Shown: positions 57,668 to 64,000 of the stretch, in pieces
Layout of the letters: the number at the start of each line of letters is the position of its first letter
How positions within the stretch are numbered: the first letter of the stretch is position 1
DNA from: Polyangiaceae bacterium
GTDB taxonomy: Bacteria > Myxococcota_A > Polyangia > Polyangiales > Polyangiaceae
Reading direction: 5' to 3'
Assembly: GCA_033763455.1 (NCBI GenBank)
Contig: JANRKO010000006.1
Span: forward strand, 64,001-128,000
DNA length: 64,000 bases
Made by a program: the position numbers and the translations under genes
Notes under the pieces: model-generated
The model's database searches: none
The model's input: the letters and a program-made list of their open reading frames with translations, nothing else
Told to the model about the DNA's origin: nothing

Positions 57668-59251
57668 TCAGCCAGTGCCGGTGCGCCCGAGGGCTCTGGA
57701 GGCGGGCGACTTCGCGGCTTTGCGCAGCGGGGTGGGGGGCGTCGATCTGCGTTCGGTTCCTGCCACACGGAACCGCCCAGCTGTTTCTTCCAGCGAGGAA
57801 GCTTGCCCCAAGAGCTCTTGAGCAACGCTTGCGGACTCTTCGGCGGCTGCCGCTGTCTGCTGAGTGCTTCGGCTCAGTTCGGAGACGGATTGAGAGATAT
57901 GATCGACGGAGCGTGTCTGCGACGTTGACGCAACAGAGATAGCTCCCATCATTTCTTTGATTGCACGGATCCCCGAAGCGATGGATTCTAGCCTTCGGGA
58001 CACTTCGGCTTGGGCCGCCACTCCAGCTTCCGCCTGGCTCTGAGATTCGACGATGAGCCCGGCCGTGCTTTTCGCGGCCTCTGCGCTGCGAATAGCGAGG
58101 CTGCGAACCTCCTCGGCTACGACGGCAAATCCGCGCCCGGCGTCGCCCGCGCGCGCGGCCTCTACGGCTGCGTTTAGGGCGAGCAAATTCGTTTGAAAGG
58201 CGATTTCATCGATCGATTTAACGATGCGAGCGCTCTCGTCACTCGTGGATTTGATGCGGCCGATGGTGGTGGAGAGGCCTGTCATAGCCACTAGGCCTTG
58301 GTTGGCTTCGTCGACTGCCTTATCTACAGACAGCTGCCCATTTCGAGCATTCTCGGCAGCGGTTCGGCTTGCGTTAGATATTTCGTCGATGGACGCTGAA
58401 ACCCTGGCTAGTGCGCCGGCCTGTTCAGTGGTCGCAAGGGCACTGGCTTGGCTGCCAGCGGCCACTTCACGCGCAGCGACCTTTACTTGCGCAGAGGCCT
58501 GCACAACTTGTGCGAGAGCTTCGCCAATCTGAGCAACGGCTCCGTTGAACAGCGTACCGACTCGTTGAAAGTCAGCATCGCTGGCTTGGGGGATGGTGGC
58601 CGTAAGGTCACCTTCGGAGATCTGCTGCACGGTGTTCGCAACGCTTTCCACGAAGCCCGCCATTTTTGTTTGCTGCGATTGCGAGAGCACCTCAATGCGT
58701 GCTGCGCGCGATGCCATCAGCGAGTTGATGGTGATCGCCGAATCTGCGTAGAGTAGGCGAGCGAATGCGTTTTGGAAGCGGCGAAACTCCACGGGCGTTG
58801 CGCCCGCCGCTTCGACGGCAGCCGCGAAGGAAGCTCGCAGGATTTCGTATCCGCCGAAGTAGTACATGGTGTCGAGGTTGATGTCGTCATGACGCCGTCC
58901 AACGTGTTGGCGAAACGCGATCCATTCGTCGTCAATCCTTCCGTCGAAAAGAGTTGACAGATAACGTTCAATCACGGGCCGCTGCTTGGCAACCGTCGTG
59001 TGTTTCTCGAGAACGCTACGAGCTCCGTTGGTGCGATTCACCGCGTCGTAGAAAGCCGTGGATACGCCCGGGAGTGCCGCACGACAAACCTCCGCCCATG
59101 TAGCGACCACCCCGACGTCTTCTTCGGTGAGCCCAAGGAACTGGAGTCGCTCGAAGATTTCGGTGTTGCTAATGCGGACGGTTCCACGGAGGTATTGGCG
59201 TTCGGCTTTGCGAAATAGGCCCATGGCCCGATCAACGGCACGGTCATTCAT
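57668..59251 (-). CDS. Globin-coupled sensor methyl-accepting chemotaxis protein (HemAT-like, with a HAMP-like linker)
   Basis: Protoglobin-like N-terminus ([20 protein letters not shown]) with no TM helices; MCP hairpin [37 protein letters not shown]. Confidence 0.92.
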   Translation of the reverse strand: MNDRAVDRAMGLFRKAERQYLRGTVRISNTEIFERLQFLGLTEEDVGVVATWAEVCRAALPGVSTAFYDAVNRTNGARSVLEKHTTVAKQRPVIERYLSTLFDGRIDDEWIAFRQHVGRRHDDINLDTMYYFGGYEILRASFAAAVEAAGATPVEFRRFQNAFARLLYADSAITINSLMASRAARIEVLSQSQQTKMAGFVESVANTVQQISEGDLTATIPQASDADFQRVGTLFNGAVAQIGEALAQVVQASAQVKVAAREVAAGSQASALATTEQAGALARVSASIDEISNASRTAAENARNGQLSVDKAVDEANQGLVAMTGLSTTIGRIKSTSDESARIVKSIDEIAFQTNLLALNAAVEAARAGDAGRGFAVVAEEVRSLAIRSAEAAKSTAGLIVESQSQAEAGVAAQAEVSRRLESIASGIRAIKEMMGAISVASTSQTRSVDHISQSVSELSRSTQQTAAAAEESASVAQELLGQASSLEETAGRFRVAGTERRSTPPTPLRKAAKSPASRALGRTGTG

Positions 59252-59421
59252 TCCCTAAGGGGAGCTTCAGAGCGTTTCGCCGTTTTCGCGATCGCTCGTT
59301 CTGGGGAGCGCCATCGTGTCCAATATTGGCCCTCTGGTCGAATTCAAACCCTGGCCGAAAGCCGGGCCTCCTGGTTGTGAACCCCTTGTCCGCGGGCCCT
59401 CGCGGCGCAACACCTCCGTCC

Positions 59422-60210
59422 ATGGAGCTCGCATCGTTTACGCAGCGCGCCGTTCCGGCCTTCGGCAAGCGGGTGCACAGACTTGGCTTGGCTTGCAACA
59501 TGATCGACGAACGAGGCTTTGATGCTGCGCTGGATCGTGGGCTCAACTACATTTTTTGGACGGCGCTTAGAACAGGAAAGCTGAAGCCTGCGTTGAGGCG
59601 AGCACTGAGCGCGCGCCGTGAAGACTACGTCTTGGCTACGGGCCCTTCTTTTGGCTACTTCGGTGGCAACGTGCGCCGAGCCGCGGAGCGCCTGCTTTCA
59701 GATCTTGGAACTGACTATATTGATGTTTTTCAATTGTTTTGGTTGGGGGTTTCTTCCGCGTGGACGCCCGGCACCATGGAGGCATTGGTGCGGCTCAAAG
59801 AAGAAGGCAAGGTGCGCGCAATTGGCACCTCCATTCACGATCGGGTGCGCGCAGGAGAGCTCGCCAAAGATTCGCCGTTAGATCTTCTCATGCTGCGCTA
59901 CAATGCAGCTCACCCCGGTGCGGAGAAAGACGTTTTCCCGCACCTTTCCCACCGAAATCCAGCGGTCGTAGCCTACACGGCGACCTCTTGGAGAAAGTTG
60001 CTCAAGGCCCCTCCAGGTTGGGACAAAGCGCCCATGACGGCCGGCGATTGTTATCGTTTCTGCCTATCTGATCCACACGTCGATCTGGTGCTGATGGGTG
60101 CGGCCAACGAAGCCGAGCTCGACGAGAATCTGAAAGCGCTAGGGCGTGGTCCGCTTTCCCCGGACGAAGCCGAGTGGATGAGGAATTTCGGTCGGGTGGT
60201 TCACGGGTAA
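59422..60210 (+). CDS. Aldo/keto reductase family protein
   Basis: LGTDYIDVF, L..LKEEGKVRAIG.S.H, RYNAAH, YRFCLS.P.V. Start set at MELAS (59422). Confidence 0.88.
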   Translation: MELASFTQRAVPAFGKRVHRLGLACNMIDERGFDAALDRGLNYIFWTALRTGKLKPALRRALSARREDYVLATGPSFGYFGGNVRRAAERLLSDLGTDYIDVFQLFWLGVSSAWTPGTMEALVRLKEEGKVRAIGTSIHDRVRAGELAKDSPLDLLMLRYNAAHPGAEKDVFPHLSHRNPAVVAYTATSWRKLLKAPPGWDKAPMTAGDCYRFCLSDPHVDLVLMGAANEAELDENLKALGRGPLSPDEAEWMRNFGRVVHG

Positions 60211-60225
60211 AGCGAGTAAGCGTTC

Positions 60226-61281
60226 TTACGCTTCTGCGCTAGTTAGCCGCTTGGACAACCGGAGGAGTGGGGCGTGAGCCTGAACTAACTGGCCACACGC
60301 ACCTTGTACGTCCCGTCCGCGGGAGTGCCGAACGGTAACCAGTGGGGCACCAGCTGCCCGTAACTCGCGAAAGAAATTATCCACGCGTTCTTCAGTTGGA
60401 GAGCGAAATTCGGCGTGTTCGTGTTCGTTGAAAGGAATAAGATTGATATGGTGGCGGAGCGGGCGAGCGAATTCCGCCAGGCGTACCGCATCTTCTGGCG
60501 AATCGTTCACGCCAGAAAGCAGCACGTATTCTAGGGTAATGCGCTCTTTGGGCCGAAGTGGGAAAGCTTTGAGGGCGGCCGCGAGGTCAGCCAGGTGGTA
60601 GCGGCGCCCTATGGGCATAAGATCTGAACGCAAGCTATCTGTAGTGGCGTTGAGGCTCACCGCCAAAAGGGGCCTGACGGGCAAGCGCCCCAGTTGGCCG
60701 ATCTCGGGTACTAGGCCCGAGGTGGAAACCGTGATGCGGCGTGGCGCCATGCCCATACCAAGAGGATCGGTTAAGATGGAAATCGCCTTGGCAACGGCGG
60801 AGAAGTTGTGCAGTGGTTCGCCCATTCCCATGAAGACCAACGTGAGATCCCCAGGGTGCCTTGGCCCAAGCCTATGCACTGCGGCCAGCACCTGCACCAC
60901 AATTTCACCCGCGCTCAAGTGGCGACGAAACCCCATGCTCGCGGTTGCGCAGAAGCGGCAGCCCATACCGCAACCAACCTGACTCGAAATGCAAAGCGTT
61001 ACGCGACCTGTTCCCACGTTCCGTGGCATGTGGACGGCTTCAATACGCTCGCCTTGCAGATCTAAAAGTAGCTTGGTGGCTCCGTCCCGCGAGGCGTCCC
61101 CGTGCAGCAATTGGGGGCGTTCTAGGCCGATTTTTCGCAAGATCGAGCGCGCATGCCCGGATAAGATTGGCCCCTCTTCGCTCCACAGCCAGGGCCGCTG
61201 CAGGGCGGCAAAGCTCGACGAGCTCAGGCCCAGAGCTTTGAGCTCGAGCGGGCTTTGTGCAAAGGCGTCAGCCTGCAACAT
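60226..61281 (-). CDS. rlmN: RlmN-family radical SAM RNA methyltransferase
   Basis: TLCISSQVGCGMGCRFCAT, FMGMGEP, ITVSTSG, EYVLL.GVND, NLIPFN, SRG.D...ACGQL. May be a second paralog because the N-terminus is atypically short. Confidence 0.85.
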   Translation of the reverse strand: MLQADAFAQSPLELKALGLSSSSFAALQRPWLWSEEGPILSGHARSILRKIGLERPQLLHGDASRDGATKLLLDLQGERIEAVHMPRNVGTGRVTLCISSQVGCGMGCRFCATASMGFRRHLSAGEIVVQVLAAVHRLGPRHPGDLTLVFMGMGEPLHNFSAVAKAISILTDPLGMGMAPRRITVSTSGLVPEIGQLGRLPVRPLLAVSLNATTDSLRSDLMPIGRRYHLADLAAALKAFPLRPKERITLEYVLLSGVNDSPEDAVRLAEFARPLRHHINLIPFNEHEHAEFRSPTEERVDNFFRELRAAGAPLVTVRHSRGRDVQGACGQLVQAHAPLLRLSKRLTSAEA

Positions 61282-61969
61282 GCCGAGTTACCAACCAAGC
61301 CTTCTCGTTCAAAGCGTCCAAGCCGCGTTCCTTGAACCTTGGCTCTTTCTCCAGAATGTCCCGATCAGCGAGTTGTTCAAGCGTGCTCGCGTGGCTGTAT
61401 AAAGCCGCAAGCTCTGCATCAGTAACGCTGAAGGGAGGGCCGTTCATTTTCGCCGAGTCGTAGACGAAGGTGATAACCAATAACTTCGCTTTTGCCGTGA
61501 CCCATTTTAGGAGTTGTTCGACATAGCGTTCGCGATCTTCGCGCCGAAGTGCAACGAGTGCCGCGCGATCATACACGGCATCAAAAGAGCCAGCCGGGAT
61601 GGCGCCCAGCTCAAACACGTCTCCTACCACAATCCGGATCCCATCTCCTGCCAAAGATTCGTAGCCGTACCAACCCTCCGAACGACCAACGAGCTCATTT
61701 TCCTCGAAAAACGCCTGAGCTGCACTCCGCACCAACTCGATCCCCACGACCTCAAAGCCTTTCGCATGGAGCCATCTGAGGTCTCTTGACTTCCCACACA
61801 GGGGCACAAGCACGCGGGGCCTTTGGCTAGCAGCCGCGGCTGACGCGTTCGCTGGTAACAGGCGATATCCGAACTCTTCTAACAGCGCGTTCGGACCCCC
61901 TTCATGGAAACCAATCTGCTGCTTCTCCCAACGCTCGCGCCAGAAATCAGGTTCCATGGTCAATGCCAT
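61268..61969 (-). CDS. Thiopurine S-methyltransferase family protein
   Basis: FWRERW..QQIGFH, RVLVPLCGKS.DL, YDRAALVAL, GPPFSV. Confidence 0.93.
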   Translation of the reverse strand: MALTMEPDFWRERWEKQQIGFHEGGPNALLEEFGYRLLPANASAAAASQRPRVLVPLCGKSRDLRWLHAKGFEVVGIELVRSAAQAFFEENELVGRSEGWYGYESLAGDGIRIVVGDVFELGAIPAGSFDAVYDRAALVALRREDRERYVEQLLKWVTAKAKLLVITFVYDSAKMNGPPFSVTDAELAALYSHASTLEQLADRDILEKEPRFKERGLDALNEKAWLVTRHVAG

Positions 61970-62001
61970 AGCGCTCGGGGGCGAGGTTGTCGACGGCGAC
62001 G

Positions 62002-63024
62002 CTATTCGAGGAGGTTCTCACGGTACGTGCCAGCAAGGAAGGGGAAAACTGGCAGATCTTTCGCCTTCCGATCGAGCGGAGTCACCAAAGTAACGTCGAG
62101 CCCCAGGTGTTTGCCAGAAAGGCGGACACCGGTGCCAGCGGCGATTCCGTTGTAGATCCCGGCTTCCCGCCCCAGCGGCACTAGGCTATCGACTTCGAAT
62201 AACCAATCGACGGTATCGCTCACTTTTAAAATAGACCCAACGGCGTTGGCGGTGATGAGGCCCGGGCCGATCAAAAGCAGAGTGGAAGCCACGTTCACGC
62301 TCGAAGAGCACGCCTCGTTGAAGCAGCCCTGAAAGGCTCCTCCGACGCGACCTACGAATGCGGCTCCTTCTTTCAGGCCCAAGATGCCGCTGGCTGAACC
62401 AAAGGCGGCTAGCCGCACCTTAGGCTCTCGAAGCACCACACTCTTAAGTGAGATATCAAGTGGGAGTACGTCGTCTTTTCCAACCGGAGGCGTTAATGTA
62501 AAGCTAATCTGCGTGTCGTTGCCCACCGCATAGCCCGCTTGCAAAAGCACGATCTCGTAGCTTGAAAAGTAGAGGGTGCCCTTTGGTTGTGTTTCTGCCG
62601 TGGGCATGAGGATTACCCGATCCACGTGGGTGTTGGTTGCACGCTCACGCTCGGCGGGTGATTGAGGGGGTGCGAGCGGCACGGGGGAGGCTGAGCCTGC
62701 AGCGTTGGGCGCGCTCAAACCCTGAACGGGAGGAACATACGTGTAACCAGCCGTTGACGGTGGTGTGTAACCGTACGGCGCCTGAGGTGGAGGAGCCGAT
62801 GGGGTCGCGGGAGGTGGAGTTAGGGCCGCCGCACTTGCGGGCGCTGGCGTAGGGGGTGATATGGCCGGAGCCACGGTAGCCGGGGCGGTTGGCGTCGCGG
62901 CTGGTGGCTCCGATGACTGCGGCGTGGAGAGCGCCTCGGTTGTTGAGCCCTGTGCGTGCGCGGGCTGCTCCAGGCACACAAGGAAAATGACTAGAAGGGG
63001 CGCGAGGGCGCGGAGCGAAGGCAT
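62002..63024 (-). CDS. Secreted hypothetical protein with a Pro-rich N-terminus and a probable outer-membrane beta-barrel
   Basis: Signal peptide ending AHA-Q, Pro/Ala-rich linker, amphipathic strands ending FPFLAGTYR. Confidence 0.7.
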   Translation of the reverse strand: MPSLRALAPLLVIFLVCLEQPAHAQGSTTEALSTPQSSEPPAATPTAPATVAPAISPPTPAPASAAALTPPPATPSAPPPQAPYGYTPPSTAGYTYVPPVQGLSAPNAAGSASPVPLAPPQSPAERERATNTHVDRVILMPTAETQPKGTLYFSSYEIVLLQAGYAVGNDTQISFTLTPPVGKDDVLPLDISLKSVVLREPKVRLAAFGSASGILGLKEGAAFVGRVGGAFQGCFNEACSSSVNVASTLLLIGPGLITANAVGSILKVSDTVDWLFEVDSLVPLGREAGIYNGIAAGTGVRLSGKHLGLDVTLVTPLDRKAKDLPVFPFLAGTYRENLLE

Positions 63025-63040
63025 AGTCAGCGGTAAAGAC

Positions 63041-63056
63041 TGCGGCTTTCGTGCCA
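63041..63056 (-). promoter_or_regulatory. Possible sigma-54 promoter
   Basis: Minus strand TGGCACGAAAGCCGCA: perfect -24 box and GG-N10-GC spacing, 16 bp upstream of ATG 63024. Confidence 0.45.
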
Positions 63057-63057
63057 G

Positions 63058-64000
63058 TTACTCAGCCGGGCCGCCCGGGGGAGCTCCCGCGCCGGGCTGC
63101 GGGAGCACATTTTTCCCGAGCAGGTATTGAAGTAGCGCGAGTGACATCAGTCCACTTTGCTCGCCGGCTCCGCCACCACCCTGGCCACCACCCACGTACA
63201 CATCCGGAATGAGCTTAAGCTTGTTGGAGGCAATCTTTTCAACGACCTGGATTTGGCCGAAGACATCGTTGCCCATGGCGTTAACCTGCAATTTGTAAGA
63301 TTCGGCTGTCGATTTTCCTTGCTCCAGGATGACAAGCGCGCTTGCTAAGCCCTTCTTTTCGATGGCTTCTGCATCGGCTGTGGCCGTAACGGTGGTCGCC
63401 TCGGCATCGGCGCCCGCCTGCAGGCGCGTGGCCTTGGCTTTGCCTTCGGCGCGAATTTCAATGGCTCGAGCTTCGCCCGTGGACTTTTCAATCTCGCCGT
63501 TGGCAAGGTTCTTAGAGATTTCAACGCCTCGTTCTGACTCCACGACTTGGGGCTGCATGTTGGCTTGTGCCTTGGCATTTTCGAGCAATTTGCGCTCCTC
63601 TTGGGCCTGGCGCTGGGTGCTGAAGGTGATCCTCTCCTGCTCGGCTATTTGCCGGTCCGTTACGGTGCGCGTGAGCTCACCGGGCAACACCACGTCTGCT
63701 ATCATGGTGTCTTTGGATTCGATGTGGTGAATGCGGAGCACGCTTTGCAGGTGTTCCTTGGCTCGGCTTTGGAGCTCGGCGCGCTTGGTATAGAGATCGA
63801 GCGCCTTTACCGCCTGTGCTGAGTTGCGAAAGTGCGAGGAAATTGCCGGCTCAAGCACCTGAGAAATCATGTTGTCGACCGAACCCAAGTTGGCCACCAC
63901 TTTGGGTGCATCTAACATCGCAATGTGAATGATAACGCTCACATCCATGCTCACGTTGAAGGCATCTGCGGTGCGCAGCGTGATCGTTTTCAGGTTGGAA
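63058..64000 (-). CDS. SPFH/band-7/flotillin family protein (5' part outside the window)
   Basis: MDVSVIIHI....APKV....GS..N....VLEP.I...FRNSAQ, Ala/Glu-rich coiled coil, AESYKLQVNAMG, LIPDV.VGG. Confidence 0.88.
   Translation of the reverse strand, partial: SNLKTITLRTADAFNVSMDVSVIIHIAMLDAPKVVANLGSVDNMISQVLEPAISSHFRNSAQAVKALDLYTKRAELQSRAKEHLQSVLRIHHIESKDTMIADVVLPGELTRTVTDRQIAEQERITFSTQRQAQEERKLLENAKAQANMQPQVVESERGVEISKNLANGEIEKSTGEARAIEIRAEGKAKATRLQAGADAEATTVTATADAEAIEKKGLASALVILEQGKSTAESYKLQVNAMGNDVFGQIQVVEKIASNKLKLIPDVYVGGGQGGGGAGEQSGLMSLALLQYLLGKNVLPQPGAGAPPGGPAE

Noticed and set aside
1..64000. Prophage, IS element, tRNA/rRNA or known anti-phage defence operon
   Set aside because: No integrase, transposase, phage structural, RNA-gene or defence-domain signatures recognised apart from the two PIN-type TA loci.

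Overview
GC-rich accessory region, most likely from a myxobacterium (Polyangiaceae/Sorangiineae-like). The basis for that call is a MYXO-CTERM-type sorting tail, many lipoproteins with Gly/Ser/Thr linkers, fibro-slime proteins and DUF1592/DUF1552 pairs. I found no rRNA, tRNA, CRISPR array, integrase or transposase. The main recurring structure is a module present four times (plus two remnants): a CxxCH heme-c lipoprotein (DUF1592 family) followed by a Tat-exported DUF1552 protein. Three copies sit beside their own AraC regulator. For two of them I can read the same operator-like motif upstream of both the DUF operon and a neighbouring cytoplasmic enzyme gene, which suggests substrate-specific utilisation loci. 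Also present: a PlpX-like (splicease-type) radical SAM/SPASM enzyme with a lipoprotein-like precursor carrying two LYG sites, transcribed divergently from tandem DUF2341-LamG(-C25 protease) genes; a pacifastin/Kazal inhibitor lipoprotein; a large clan GH-A hydrolase with a duplicated unknown domain; two VapBC-type loci (one toxin inactivated); an 8x20-bp tandem array next to a dif-like 28-mer; several truncated, fused or inverted gene remnants; and ordinary genes (phoX, dbpA, rlmN-like, TPMT, ABC exporter, globin-coupled chemoreceptor). All family calls are from motif recognition by eye; no database searches were run.
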